This document shows positions 1 through 10,404 of a DNA stretch of 36,352 nt, piece by piece. Below the pieces are notes generated by a model. The model did not search any database. It saw only the letters and a program-made list of their open reading frames with translations, and had not been told where the DNA came from. The position numbers were made by a program, and so were the translations under genes. Each line of letters begins with the position of its first letter. The first letter of the stretch is position 1. Where the stretch lies: NCBI GenBank assembly GCA_027047045.1, contig JALTWL010000280.1, positions 1 to 36,352 on the forward strand, written 5' to 3'. Origin of the DNA: Micavibrio sp. (lineage in GTDB: Bacteria; Pseudomonadota; Alphaproteobacteria; Micavibrionales; CSBR16-224).

Positions 1-1199
1 GATTCTGCTTGCCCTTTTATATTCATGGGTGAGCCAAGTCTAACTTTTTTATCAAGCACATGTTTGGCAAGTTCTTTCATACCACTTAGCTGACTTGCCC
101 CCCCTGTTAAAACTACACGCCTTCCTGCTATTTGGGATAGGCCCTCATCATTTAATTTAGCCCTTACCATTTCAAAGGTTTCCTCTAGGCGCGGCAATAT
201 TATAGTTGGGAGTAAAGAACGCGACACCTTACTAGATACATCAATATCTTTCTCACCGATTGACGTTACATCTATGGTTTCATGGTCACCATAACCTGTG
301 GCGCTAGCACTTCCATATAATATTTTTATACGCTCTGCATCAGAAATAGAAGTTGTAAGACCACGCGCAATATCATTAGTTACATGCGCCCCACCAACTG
401 GGATTGCCCCTGTGTATATTAGCGCACCTTCAAAAAATACACCTATTTGTGTACTTCCAGCCCCCATATCTATGACTGTACAGCCAAGTATTTTTTCGTC
501 TTCTACCAAACAAGAAAGACCAGCCGCATAAGAAGACGCACAAAAACCCCAAATATCTAAATGGTTTGAATTTATGATATGAGTTAAATTTTGAATAGAA
601 GAAATATCGGCAGTAATTGTTGTTATATCAACTGTCATTTGATGCCCGAACATACCAACTGGAGTTTTTATACCGCTTTGCCTATCTACTGTGTAAGAGG
701 CTGGTATTATATGGACTATCCCTTCTTCTTTGGGGGAGGCAACATATCTTGCTTGTAGTAAAGCGCTGTCTATATCTTTTTCACTAATTTGTCGTCCTGA
801 TACATTTATATCTACAGAAAAATGATGTGGTATTGTATTTAGGGAAGATATGGTTACAAATATATTTTTTAAATTATCCCCACCCATATGAGGGCGCGCC
901 ATATTTTCCGCGCTTTGTATGACAGAGCCAACCGTTTCCTCAATCAATTTAAGGTCAATTATTTTACTATTTTTAATGCCTTTACTTGCTTGTTGGGAAA
1001 CTCCAATTATTTCTGATATTATTTTGCTGTCAGTGTCTATATTTGCAATCATGCAGCAAGTCTTACTAGTGCCAATATCAATAACGGCAACAGGTTTTAT
1101 ATTTGACTTCTTCCTTGTGTCAAACTTAATTGTACTATTTGACTTTTTATTTTTTTTATCAATTTTATCTATATTAAACAAAGATTCTGTTAATTGCAT
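1..1199 (-). CDS. ftsA: Cell division protein FtsA (3' end cut by window edge)
   Basis: Absent from the ORF track because no stop occurs before the window edge. My reverse-complement translation from the ATG at 1199-1197 reads MQLTESLF..KPVAVIDIGTSKTCCMIA..CTVIDMGAGSTQIGVF..PVGGAHVTNDIARGL..RVVLTGGASQLSGM, the actin-fold phosphate/adenosine motifs of FtsA. It lies directly downstream of ftsQ as in dcw clusters. The + strand ORFs 298-531 and 919-1242 are its antisense shadows. Confidence 0.9.
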   Translation of the reverse strand, partial: MQLTESLFNIDKIDKKNKKSNSTIKFDTRKKSNIKPVAVIDIGTSKTCCMIANIDTDSKIISEIIGVSQQASKGIKNSKIIDLKLIEETVGSVIQSAENMARPHMGGDNLKNIFVTISSLNTIPHHFSVDINVSGRQISEKDIDSALLQARYVASPKEEGIVHIIPASYTVDRQSGIKTPVGMFGHQMTVDITTITADISSIQNLTHIINSNHLDIWGFCASSYAAGLSCLVEDEKILGCTVIDMGAGSTQIGVFFEGALIYTGAIPVGGAHVTNDIARGLTTSISDAERIKILYGSASATGYGDHETIDVTSIGEKDIDVSSKVSRSLLPTIILPRLEETFEMVRAKLNDEGLSQIAGRRVVLTGGASQLSGMKELAKHVLDKKVRLGSPMNIKGQAE

Positions 1200-1221
1200 T
1201 TTATCCAAGTTACCTCAATTT

Positions 1222-2037
1222 TTAAAGTTTTGTTACTTTTAGAATTATTCTATCTTGCTGACGCATATCTATATATTTTATCCTTTTAGATAAGATATTT
1301 TCTTTTTTTTGCATTTTTGCCAGTATGGCAAGGGCAAGTTCAACATCTTGTTTGGGCAGTTTTACTTTTACATCATTTTTAAGTTTAATATCCCATCTTC
1401 TATTATTTATATTTATAAATGACTGAATTTGTTTGTATATTTCTGGCTCAGCCTTTACTGTATCAATTATATATTTTGCAGATTTTGCTGCATCTTTTCC
1501 AACCACATGTGGAAGGTCTGAAAATTTATCCAAATTTTTTGCTGTTAATTTATTGCCATCTTTATCTATAACAAACTTATTTTTACCTAGCTGCCAAATA
1601 GCAACTGGTTTTTTTTCTTTTATATATATATCTATTGTATTTGGTAATTTTCTTCTAATTTTAACATCTTTTACCCAAGATATTTCTTTTATAAAACGGC
1701 TAGAGCTTTTAGTATCAAAGGCAAAAATTGGACTATTTTCTTTGGTGTTAATTAAGTTTAAAATCAGCTCAGAGTTAGCGTTCACACGCCCGTGTAAATT
1801 AACTTCTTTAATTGAAAAGCCAGCATTTGCAGTCATTTGTAGTATCCTATTTTTAGCCATTTGAAAAAATGACTTATTTTGGTTATTGTCAATAAATATA
1901 AAAGCTAAAGAAGTAAGGCAGAAAAGCCCAACTATCATGATGATAGCATATTTTTTTAGCTTTTGCTTGTTTAAAATTGATATTTTTTTTACTTTTTTAT
2001 TTTTGGCTAATTTTTTTCTAATAGTTTTTTTTGCCAT
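1222..2037 (-). CDS. ftsQ: Cell division protein FtsQ (POTRA domain, single N-terminal TM)
   Basis: Basic N-terminus followed by a TM helix (YAIIMIVGLFCLTSLAFIFI). POTRA-like FSIKEVNLHGRVNANSELI..WVKDVKIRRKLPNTIDIYIKEKKPVAIWQ. Sits between ddl and ftsA. The 20-nt overlap with ddl means the true start may be slightly downstream. Confidence 0.8.
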   Translation of the reverse strand: MAKKTIRKKLAKNKKVKKISILNKQKLKKYAIIMIVGLFCLTSLAFIFIDNNQNKSFFQMAKNRILQMTANAGFSIKEVNLHGRVNANSELILNLINTKENSPIFAFDTKSSSRFIKEISWVKDVKIRRKLPNTIDIYIKEKKPVAIWQLGKNKFVIDKDGNKLTAKNLDKFSDLPHVVGKDAAKSAKYIIDTVKAEPEIYKQIQSFININNRRWDIKLKNDVKVKLPKQDVELALAILAKMQKKENILSKRIKYIDMRQQDRIILKVTKL

Positions 2038-2965
2038 TTTTCATCTCACAGTTATTTTTGCATTTATCTAGAGCGTCAATTACAAGCCACTCTACTAATT
2101 CTTGGAATGAAATATTGTTAAATTTTGCTTGTTCTGGCGCAAGGGAGGTCGGTGTCATACCTGGTTGAGTGTTAATCTCTAAGAAATAGAGTTTATTGCT
2201 ATAAATAAAATCACTTCTGGTAATGCCGCGACAACCAAGCATTTTGTGGGCAATTAGTGCTTGTTTCATTGCTGTGTCATATATATTTTGAGGAATATCT
2301 GCGGGTAGTTTATGTTCAGAGCCGCCATCTGCATATTTTGCTTCAAAGTCATAAAACTCAAATCTAGGGATAATTTCTGTAACACCTAGCGCTTTTTCAC
2401 CCATTACAGTAACGGTGAGTTCTCTGCCTTTTATATATTCTTCTACAAGTATTTCATTTGATAGATGGTTAAATGATATTTTATTACTTTTATCTTTGAC
2501 TATTTGTACCCCAAATGATGAGCCGTCTTGATTTGGCTTTACTACATATGGCGGAGTAAGCGGAATATTGTCGTTTTTTATGTCATTTGCTGTAATTATA
2601 TAGCTTTTAGGGGACAAAATATTTTTCTCTGCCAGTATTTCTTTTGTTTTTTGTTTGTCCATAGCAAGGGCAGAAGCCAGCACCCCAGAATGTGAATATG
2701 GAATGTTTAGTATTTCAAGCAGTCCTTGCATACAACCATCTTCACCAAAAGTACCGTGCAACATATTTAAAATTACGTCTGGTTTTGTGTTTTTAATTGT
2801 TAGAATTAGTTTTTCTATATCTTTAGTAACGTCTATTTCTGTGACTCTATAGCCTAAATCTTTAAGGGCTTTACTTGCCGCCTCGCCTGTTACTAGCGAT
2901 ATTTCACGTTCTGAGGACCAGCCTCCCATAAATACAGCTATATGTAGTTTTTTTGAATAATTCAT
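2018..2965 (-). CDS. ddl: D-alanine--D-alanine ligase
   Basis: HIAVFMGGWSSEREISLVTG, MLHGTFGEDGCMQGLLE, ATP-grasp region VVKPNQDGSSFGV, C-terminal LEINTQPGMTPTSL. Confidence 0.93.
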   Translation of the reverse strand: MNYSKKLHIAVFMGGWSSEREISLVTGEAASKALKDLGYRVTEIDVTKDIEKLILTIKNTKPDVILNMLHGTFGEDGCMQGLLEILNIPYSHSGVLASALAMDKQKTKEILAEKNILSPKSYIITANDIKNDNIPLTPPYVVKPNQDGSSFGVQIVKDKSNKISFNHLSNEILVEEYIKGRELTVTVMGEKALGVTEIIPRFEFYDFEAKYADGGSEHKLPADIPQNIYDTAMKQALIAHKMLGCRGITRSDFIYSNKLYFLEINTQPGMTPTSLAPEQAKFNNISFQELVEWLVIDALDKCKNNCEMKNGKKNY

Positions 2966-3055
2966 AAATTTTAGCTTTGTTAATAAAAGATATGTCAGTT
3001 AAGACCTAAAAGAATAAGCCCGAGCATATATCGTAACATATAAACTAAAAATAGG

Positions 3056-4258
3056 CTATGAAATATCGTAAAAGCAATTTAAAAATTCTACACTATCTTT
3101 ATTTAATGGCTGATTTTCTAAGCCCTCTTTTGCTATTTCTAAAAATTCCTCTATTTTTTCTGCAATAGCGGGAACACCAAATTTACTAGCATTTTTATAA
3201 TCTAACATTATATCATCAACAGACCAGCTCATAATAATATTGTATGCTTTATCTAAAATTTTACCGTCATATAAAATACCAACCCAAAAAGCGACCATGG
3301 CAAGCACCATATCTAAAGAGTTACTATCAGCTGTGCGCAGTTCCAGATATTTTTTTAGCCTTACTGGTGGAAAAACTGTGGTTAAGTGAAGTTGCCAATC
3401 TAAAATATCTGCCTTTTCATCTTGCATAAATTCAGCAAAAATTTTACTTGTCATGTCAATATATTTGCCATCTCTGTATATAAGATACATGGGAATATTA
3501 AGTGCATATTCAACATATTTTTCAAATCCCATATCTTTGTCAAAAACAAATTTTGGAAAGCTAGCCCTGTTTTTATCAGTATTTTCCCAAATATAATTAC
3601 GATAACTTGCGTAACCTGTATCTTTGCCATCTAGCATATTAGAGTTTGCCATCAGGGCAATAATTACTGGTTGTAAGGCAAGCGATATTCTGTATTTTTT
3701 TATCATATCTTCTTCATTTTCAAAATCCAAATTAAGCTGAGCGCCACAGCTTCTTACCATCATATCAATTCCGCATTTACCTTGCTTTGGCATATAGTTT
3801 TTCATTATTTCATATCGTTTTTTAGGCATCCAAAATATATCATCTCTTGCCCAATTTGGGTGCAGACCTTTTGCTAAAAAACCAATATTTATTTCATCTG
3901 CAATTTTATCAATTTTTTTGTGAAAATCTTTTGCCTCTTTAGCAACTTCACCCACAGTAAAAAGAGGTGAGCCTGCATATTCAATTTGCCCTGCGGGCTC
4001 TATTGTAATTGTGATATTTTCTTTTTTAAGGGCTATTACAAATCCATCTTCAAATATTTTTTGCCAGCCATCGGCATTTGCAATTTTATTTAGTAAATTT
4101 TCTATAGAAGGGGCATTTTTATCATTTGTACGATATGGAAGGGGAGCATTGTTGTTTTTATTAAAGGCAAAACGCTCTAGCTCTAGTCCAATTTTGTGGC
4201 TGTCCTTGTCTTTACAGCCAGCTGCTATTTCTTCTATTAAATCTTCAAATTTTATCAT
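3056..4258 (-). CDS. gshA: Glutamate--cysteine ligase, plant/alphaproteobacterial type (GCS2 family)
   Basis: Motif series matching plant-type gamma-ECL: GLELERF, ITIEPAGQIEYAGSP, MPKKRYEIMKNYMPKQGKCGIDMMVRSCGAQLNLDF, ALQPVIIALMANS, YRNYIWENTDKNR, DWQLHLTTVFPPVRLKKYLELRTADS. The start ATG (4258-4256) overlaps the murB stop TGA (4257-4255) as ATGA. Confidence 0.8.
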   Translation of the reverse strand: MIKFEDLIEEIAAGCKDKDSHKIGLELERFAFNKNNNAPLPYRTNDKNAPSIENLLNKIANADGWQKIFEDGFVIALKKENITITIEPAGQIEYAGSPLFTVGEVAKEAKDFHKKIDKIADEINIGFLAKGLHPNWARDDIFWMPKKRYEIMKNYMPKQGKCGIDMMVRSCGAQLNLDFENEEDMIKKYRISLALQPVIIALMANSNMLDGKDTGYASYRNYIWENTDKNRASFPKFVFDKDMGFEKYVEYALNIPMYLIYRDGKYIDMTSKIFAEFMQDEKADILDWQLHLTTVFPPVRLKKYLELRTADSNSLDMVLAMVAFWVGILYDGKILDKAYNIIMSWSVDDIMLDYKNASKFGVPAIAEKIEEFLEIAKEGLENQPLNKDSVEFLNCFYDIS

Positions 4259-5190
4259 TTGGAAAAATCTTCTTTTTGTCCTATGCGTTTAATTTCCCAT
4301 TTAAGATCTATCCCTGTTTTTTCTTTTACCCGTCTTTTGACTTCTTCGCCTAAATTTTCTATGTCAGTAGCGGTGGCGCTATCGGTATTGATAATAAAAT
4401 TACAATGCTTATTTGATATTTTTGCCCCACCAATTTGCAAACCCCGACAGCCAGCTTTGTCAATTAACTGCCAAGCGTTTTCTTTTATATTTGGATTATT
4501 TCTATTTGGGTTTGCAAAAGTAGAACCACCTGTTTTTTCTTTTATTGGCTGACTTGCCTCTCTTTTCGCTTTTATGTCAGCCATTTTTTTGCTTATATTA
4601 TTTTTATCATCTCTATAAGTCTTAAATACTGCACCTGTGAATATTATATCATCTGCAACATTGTTGCATCTATATTGCATATTCATTTCTTTTGGTGTTA
4701 ATTTGTATAAATTGCCTTTTCTGTCAACTGCTTCTGCAAATAAAAGTATGTCTTTGAACTCTACCCCATAAGCGCCCGCATTCATTTTAACTCCACCGCC
4801 GATTGTACCTGGAATACCTGATAAAAATTCCAACCCGCCCAAAGATTTATTTGCACAAAAATTAGCAACATTTATATCAAGTGCAGCTGCGCCTGCATAT
4901 ATGCTAACCTCATTTAGCTTTTTAATATCAGCAAAAGCCCTACCCATACGAATTACAACCCCCTTAATACCACCATCTCTAATAATTAAGTTTGAAGTTG
5001 CTCCTAAAGTGGTAATTGGGATATCTAAGGGGCAATTTTTCAAAAAATATATTAAATCATCAATATCTGCAGGTTTAAAAACTACTTCTGCTCTCCCCCC
5101 CACCCGAAACCATGTTAGCTTTGCAAGCTCAACATCTGAACGCATTTTACCACGTAGGTCGGGTAGATTCTTTAATAATTCATGCAACAT
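4255..5190 (-). CDS. murB: UDP-N-acetylenolpyruvoylglucosamine reductase
   Basis: LAKLTWFRVGGRAEVVFKP FAD-binding N-terminus, LGATSNLIIRDGG, PGTIGGGVKMNAGAYG, GSTFANP, GGAKISNKHCNFIIN. Confidence 0.92.
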   Translation of the reverse strand: MLHELLKNLPDLRGKMRSDVELAKLTWFRVGGRAEVVFKPADIDDLIYFLKNCPLDIPITTLGATSNLIIRDGGIKGVVIRMGRAFADIKKLNEVSIYAGAAALDINVANFCANKSLGGLEFLSGIPGTIGGGVKMNAGAYGVEFKDILLFAEAVDRKGNLYKLTPKEMNMQYRCNNVADDIIFTGAVFKTYRDDKNNISKKMADIKAKREASQPIKEKTGGSTFANPNRNNPNIKENAWQLIDKAGCRGLQIGGAKISNKHCNFIINTDSATATDIENLGEEVKRRVKEKTGIDLKWEIKRIGQKEDFSK

Positions 5191-6649
5191 TATTTTTATT
5201 TTTTAAATTTGTTTTTTCTATATATGTAATATTTTTCAGCTCATCTGGTAACCTGTGCGCCCAAGCAGTTATATCACCTGCCCCCATAAAAATAACCATA
5301 TCATTCTCATTTGCGATATTTGCAATTATGTTTGAAATTGCATCTGGATTTGCAAGAATTTTAGCAGAGCTATGGCCTGTCTTTTTTATAGCATCTACCA
5401 ATTCTTCTTTATTTATCTTGTCTATTGGGTGTTCACCAGCAGAATAGACATCAGCAACAATAACATAGTCTGCGGCCTTAAAGCAGTTGGCAAATTCATC
5501 AAAGAATGCTTGTAATCTAGAATATCTATGCGGTTGTACAATAGCGATTATCTTTCCTCCTAAACTCTCTCGCCTTATAATATCTTTAGCAGTTTTTAAC
5601 ACAGCCTTTATTTCTTCTGGGTGGTGGGCATAATCATCTATTATTCTAATATTGTTAACAATACCAGTTGTGGTAAAACGTCGTTTTACTCCTTCAAAAT
5701 CAAGCATTGCATTTTTTATATCAGAAAGCTCAATACCAATTTTACTACAAATAGCAATACAGGCAAGTGAATTTAAGACATTATGTTCCCCAAACATGGG
5801 AAGAAGAATATCTGTTATACTATAACTATCTTGTCCAATATTTATATTAACGTCAAAAACCATACCATTGGCTGTATTTTTAAGATTGGTAGCTCTAATA
5901 TTACTATCTTCTGCAAAGCCGTAAGTAATTACCTTTCTTGGAACATCTTTAATTAGCTCTTTGACATTTTTATTATCAGTACAAGCAACTAAAAAGCCGT
6001 AAAAAGGCAGTCTTGAGGCAAATTTTAAGTAGGCATTTTTTACATCGTCAAATGATGAGTAAAAATCCATATGTTCTGGGTCTATATTGGTAATTACTCC
6101 AATTGATGAGGGCAGAATTGTAAAACTTCCATCGCTTTCATCAACCTCAACCACCATCCAATTGCTATTTCCCATTCTGATGTTACTTCCATAAGAATTA
6201 ACAATACCGCCATTGATAACGGTGGGGTCAAGTCCAGTTTTTTCCATCACATGCCCAATTAGTGAAGTAGTTGAAGTCTTACCATGTGTACCCGCAACGG
6301 CAATTGTATTTTTAAAACGCATAAGTTCAGCCAACATTTCTGCCCTTCTAATAGTGGGAATTCCTTGTTTTTTAGCTGCTATAATTTCTGGATTATCTTC
6401 TTTAACCGCCGATGAATAGACGACAACTTCAATAGGTTCAGTTTTTTTGTTAGGTATATTTTCCTCACTATGGCCGATAAAAATCTTAATGCCTTTTTGG
6501 GCAAGTCTTTTTGTATTTGTACTTTTTTTGCAGTCAGAACCTTGTACTTTATAACCAAAATTATGTAATATTTCTGCAATGCCGCTCATACCAATACCGC
6601 CAATACCAATAAAATGTAAAATACCTGTTTCAATCGGTAACTGTTTCAT
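5180..6649 (-). CDS. murC: UDP-N-acetylmuramate--L-alanine ligase
   Basis: HFIGIGGIGMSGIAEIL, Mur ligase P-loop AVAGTHGKTSTTS, VVEVDESDGSF, DDYAHHPEEI. Confidence 0.93.
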   Translation of the reverse strand: MKQLPIETGILHFIGIGGIGMSGIAEILHNFGYKVQGSDCKKSTNTKRLAQKGIKIFIGHSEENIPNKKTEPIEVVVYSSAVKEDNPEIIAAKKQGIPTIRRAEMLAELMRFKNTIAVAGTHGKTSTTSLIGHVMEKTGLDPTVINGGIVNSYGSNIRMGNSNWMVVEVDESDGSFTILPSSIGVITNIDPEHMDFYSSFDDVKNAYLKFASRLPFYGFLVACTDNKNVKELIKDVPRKVITYGFAEDSNIRATNLKNTANGMVFDVNINIGQDSYSITDILLPMFGEHNVLNSLACIAICSKIGIELSDIKNAMLDFEGVKRRFTTTGIVNNIRIIDDYAHHPEEIKAVLKTAKDIIRRESLGGKIIAIVQPHRYSRLQAFFDEFANCFKAADYVIVADVYSAGEHPIDKINKEELVDAIKKTGHSSAKILANPDAISNIIANIANENDMVIFMGAGDITAWAHRLPDELKNITYIEKTNLKNKNNVA

Positions 6650-7781
6650 TATTTTTTATTTCCTTTAGTTTTAAGTTACTTTCAACCAAATCTGCAAGTA
6701 GCTTTGCTGCATCACTGCGAGCAGATTTAGCAGATTTTAAAGATGCCTCTTCCAAAATATGGGGAAATTTAAAAAATTCTTCTATTTTTTTTGCTAAAAT
6801 ATCAGCAGTGAAGTCTTTTTCTTCTATAACCCAAGCGCCACCTGCATCGGCAACAACATCAGCATTTAATTTTTGTTGTTGGTCTTGATGTTGCATTGGC
6901 ACAAAAATAGCTGCCCTACCAATAGTGGTAACGTCAGCAACACTAGATGCGCCAGAACGTCCAATAAATAAATGACAATTGCTAAGTTTTTCTTCAACAT
7001 CTGTAAAGAAACTTTTAAGTTCTGCCTTAATTTGGATTGCCTCTAAACTATTTTTAACACTATTTAACTGCTCTTGGCGAACTTGCATGGTTAGGTTTAT
7101 TTTTTGCTGTAAATCTTTAGGTAGTTTAGCCAAGGCAAACGGAATAATATCACCAAATATCTTTGCTCCTTGCGAGCCACCCATTAAAAAAATATTTAGC
7201 TCCCCTTGCATCTTTATTGGTGGAGTTTGTTGTTTTCTTAAAATGTTATTCCGAACAGGATTGCCAACTGTTACTGCTTTTTCCCTATATCTATCTATAG
7301 CCTTTGTATTTGAAACTGTCAGAGCAAGATTATTTGCTCTGACAGCAAGCCTTGCATTTGCCTTTCCCAAAATTGCATTTTGTTCATGTAAAATAGTTGG
7401 AATTTTTAAAAATTGTGCTGCATATAAAGGTGGAAATGAAGGATAACCTCCAAAGCCAACTGCAATTTTTACTTTATATTTTTTAACTAGCCATATTGAT
7501 TTTAAAATCCCAAACCCAACAGTAACTAAGGCTGTAATTTTACCCAAAATCCCCCGCCCCCAAGTGGCAGAAGGTAAAATATACATGACTATATTAGATT
7601 TCTTTTGTAAAGAGCTTTTACCATAAAAAACAGCCCCTCGCCTGTCTGTGGCAAATATTATTTTATAACCACGCTTTAAAAGTTCACTCGCAAGCGCCTC
7701 TGCTGGAAATAGATGTCCACCAGTACCACCAGCCCCCAGCATAATTGTTAAATTATTATTTTGATTGTTGTCCCTTTTCAT
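6630..7781 (-). CDS. murG: UDP-GlcNAc:lipid I N-acetylglucosaminyltransferase MurG
   Basis: GAGGTGGHLFPAEALASEL N-terminal G-loop, GFGGYPS, GGSQGAK, GRSGASSVADV. Confidence 0.92.
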   Translation of the reverse strand: MKRDNNQNNNLTIMLGAGGTGGHLFPAEALASELLKRGYKIIFATDRRGAVFYGKSSLQKKSNIVMYILPSATWGRGILGKITALVTVGFGILKSIWLVKKYKVKIAVGFGGYPSFPPLYAAQFLKIPTILHEQNAILGKANARLAVRANNLALTVSNTKAIDRYREKAVTVGNPVRNNILRKQQTPPIKMQGELNIFLMGGSQGAKIFGDIIPFALAKLPKDLQQKINLTMQVRQEQLNSVKNSLEAIQIKAELKSFFTDVEEKLSNCHLFIGRSGASSVADVTTIGRAAIFVPMQHQDQQQKLNADVVADAGGAWVIEEKDFTADILAKKIEEFFKFPHILEEASLKSAKSARSDAAKLLADLVESNLKLKEIKNNETVTD

Positions 7782-7825
7782 TAGGCTAGTATATACTTAA
7801 CTGTAAAATTTTTAAAACAAGAATT

Positions 7826-9013
7826 TTATTTAAAAAAAGAACTAACATGTTTTGATGTTATAGAGCCACTAGTTTTTACATTATTTGATGGTAGAGTTAT
7901 ATTTGTTTGTGATTCTTTTTTTCCTAATGCTAAAATAATACCAATTGCAATACCAAGAGATATAATTGAAGACCCACCATATGAAATAAAAGGTAAGGTC
8001 ATACCCTTAGCAGGCAACAATTGCAAAGATGAACCCATATGTATTAAAGCTTGCAGAGCAAATTGGGTGGCAATTCCACTAATGGCAAGTATTTTAAACA
8101 TATCTGTTACCTGCCAAGTCCTGTATATCATGCGAAAAATAGTAAAAGCAAATATAAGGATTATGCCAAAAGTAACAATAAGCCCAAATTCTTCACCTGC
8201 AACAGAAAATATAAAATCAGCATGTGCATCCGGAAGCGACATTTTAACCTTACCATCACCAGGTCCAACCCCAAAAAACCCACCACTATGAAAACTATCT
8301 AATGATTTTTGTACTTGGTAATTATCTCCAGAGTTAGGATCAATAAATCTATCAATACGGCTTTTAACATGTGGTAGTAAATTATATAGGCTAAAAATCC
8401 CAAATCCCGCTAAAATCAAAAGCCCAAAAATAATATAAATAGAAAGTCCAGCTATAAATAACTGCGCTCCAAAAATACAAGATATAACAAAAGACATACC
8501 AAAATCAGGCTGTAGTAAAAGCAAAATAACTATAATTAAATATATCGCAATTGTAGTGATTAAGTAGCTAGCATTTCTTCTTAATTGATATTTTGAAATA
8601 AGCCAAGCACAAACAACAGCAAAAGCAGGCTTTATAAATTCTGATGGCTGCAGGGAAAAGCCAAATATCCTCACCCAACGGCTAGAACCCTTTATATCAC
8701 TACCGAATATTAAAGTTGCAACCAACATAAATATAGAGCCAACTAGCAATAATGCTCCCAAACGCCATATTTTACGCGTAGGTAAAAAAGATATACAAAT
8801 CATAAGACAAAGGCTAGCAGCTAAAAATACAATATGGCGAAATACAAAAAAAAATGGTGGTAGCCCAAGTCTTTCTGCAACCGCAGGGCTTGCCGCCATA
8901 ACTAAAAAAACACCAATAACAGATAACAGTAAAATAGAAGACAAAAGCCACCTGTCTGTTGTCCACCACCATTTTCCTAAAACGGATTTGTCTGTTCTGT
9001 CAATTTTTAACAT
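7826..9013 (-). CDS. ftsW: Peptidoglycan glycosyltransferase / lipid II flippase FtsW (SEDS family)
   Basis: Polytopic membrane protein with SEDS motifs: RWVRIFGFSLQPSEFIKPAF, LQPDFGMS, LPDAHADFIFSVAGEEFG, GMTLPFISYGGSS. Lies between murD and murG. Confidence 0.9.
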   Translation of the reverse strand: MLKIDRTDKSVLGKWWWTTDRWLLSSILLLSVIGVFLVMAASPAVAERLGLPPFFFVFRHIVFLAASLCLMICISFLPTRKIWRLGALLLVGSIFMLVATLIFGSDIKGSSRWVRIFGFSLQPSEFIKPAFAVVCAWLISKYQLRRNASYLITTIAIYLIIVILLLLQPDFGMSFVISCIFGAQLFIAGLSIYIIFGLLILAGFGIFSLYNLLPHVKSRIDRFIDPNSGDNYQVQKSLDSFHSGGFFGVGPGDGKVKMSLPDAHADFIFSVAGEEFGLIVTFGIILIFAFTIFRMIYRTWQVTDMFKILAISGIATQFALQALIHMGSSLQLLPAKGMTLPFISYGGSSIISLGIAIGIILALGKKESQTNITLPSNNVKTSGSITSKHVSSFFK

Positions 9014-9021
9014 ATATTTTT

Positions 9022-10362
9022 TTAAGCACTAATTCTTTGGGTTAATTTTTTAACTATATCGCGAAAAGCATCACCGCGTTTTTCAAAATTTTGAAATTGA
9101 TCAAAACTAGCGCAAGCGGGAGAAAATAATATTGTCGCGCCATCTAGCCCATCTTGTTTAGCAGTCTTTACTGCCTTTATTGTAGCATTTTCTAAAATCT
9201 CACATTGGGTAAATCCAACTTTGTGTTTTTTTAAATAATATTCTAAATCTTTGGCGGCCGCGCCAATTAAAAAGGCGTGTTTTATATTTGCTTTATATTT
9301 ATTAATAAGTTTATCAAATTCTTCTGGAGCTTTGGCAATCCCGCCTGCAATCCAATATATATTTTTATAAGTATCAAGAGCAACCGCACTTGCATCTGCA
9401 TTTGTTGCCTTACTGTCATTTATAAATAATAATTGCTGATTGCTTGTAATTATTTCTTGTCTGTGAGGTAGCCCTGTAAAATTTTCAAGAGCTGCTCTAA
9501 AATCACTATCTTTCATATCTGGGATTATTGTTTTGCAAATATGATAGACCGCTGTAATATTTTGGGCATTATGACTTCCCGCTAACTGTGGCAGTCCCTC
9601 GGTGGGAATTGGAAGCTCTTTTTGAGTTGTTAGAATTGTATTTTGAGCAACAACCAATTTTAAGAGTTTTTTTGAATATTTATCATTAGATACAATAATT
9701 GCAGTGTTGCAACCATCAAACATAGTAGCTTTAGCCTCTATATATCTTTGTATAGAACCGTGTCTGTCTAAATGGTCTGGGGTTATGTTTAAAACTACTG
9801 AAATATCTGGACGAAAGCTTGGACATAAATCTAACTGAAATGATGATATTTCCAAAATATATATAGTATTTTGGTTGTCATTGACTGCTAAAACAGGAAC
9901 GCCAATATTACCGCAACAAATAGCGTCTTTTCCAAGCTCTCTTAAAACATGCTCACAAAGCGCGGTTGTAGTAGATTTACCATTAGTGCCAGTAATACCA
10001 ACAATTATAGAGTTATTTTTTTTTGCCAATCCAAAAAGCTCAATATCCGATATTATGGGACAGTTTACTTTGTTTGCTAATTCACAAATTCTATGAGGCT
10101 TCGGGGCATAAAGCGGAACTCCTGGAGCAAGTAGCAAAAAAGCAAGTGCGCTAAAATCAAAATCCTCAATATTATCTACCCAAATAGCACCCAACTCTTC
10201 TGCGGCCTTTCTTGTATTTGGGTCATCATCAAAAACAAAAATTTCAATATCTTGTAGTTGCAACGCTCTTAAAGCTGCAATTCCCGAGCGAGCAAGCCCC
10301 ATAATCATCACTGGTTTGCCTACAAATTTACTGTCATTTAGTAAAAAAGATAAGTTAATCAT
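9022..10362 (-). CDS. murD: UDP-N-acetylmuramoylalanine--D-glutamate ligase
   Basis: GLARSGIAALRAL, P-loop GITGTNGKSTTT, NITPDHLDRHGS, INDSKATNADA. Confidence 0.9.
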   Translation of the reverse strand: MINLSFLLNDSKFVGKPVMIMGLARSGIAALRALQLQDIEIFVFDDDPNTRKAAEELGAIWVDNIEDFDFSALAFLLLAPGVPLYAPKPHRICELANKVNCPIISDIELFGLAKKNNSIIVGITGTNGKSTTTALCEHVLRELGKDAICCGNIGVPVLAVNDNQNTIYILEISSFQLDLCPSFRPDISVVLNITPDHLDRHGSIQRYIEAKATMFDGCNTAIIVSNDKYSKKLLKLVVAQNTILTTQKELPIPTEGLPQLAGSHNAQNITAVYHICKTIIPDMKDSDFRAALENFTGLPHRQEIITSNQQLLFINDSKATNADASAVALDTYKNIYWIAGGIAKAPEEFDKLINKYKANIKHAFLIGAAAKDLEYYLKKHKVGFTQCEILENATIKAVKTAKQDGLDGATILFSPACASFDQFQNFEKRGDAFRDIVKKLTQRISA

Positions 10363-10404
10363 TTGAATCTGTCCCGAAGTTTTAAAAGAACTATAGCAAT
10401 AAAA

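Noticed and set aside
298-1242. Plus-strand ORFs 298-531 and 919-1242 from the ORF track.
   Set aside because: They lie wholly antisense to a clean FtsA reading frame. Their low-complexity hydrophobic translations show no motifs. They are typical shadow ORFs.
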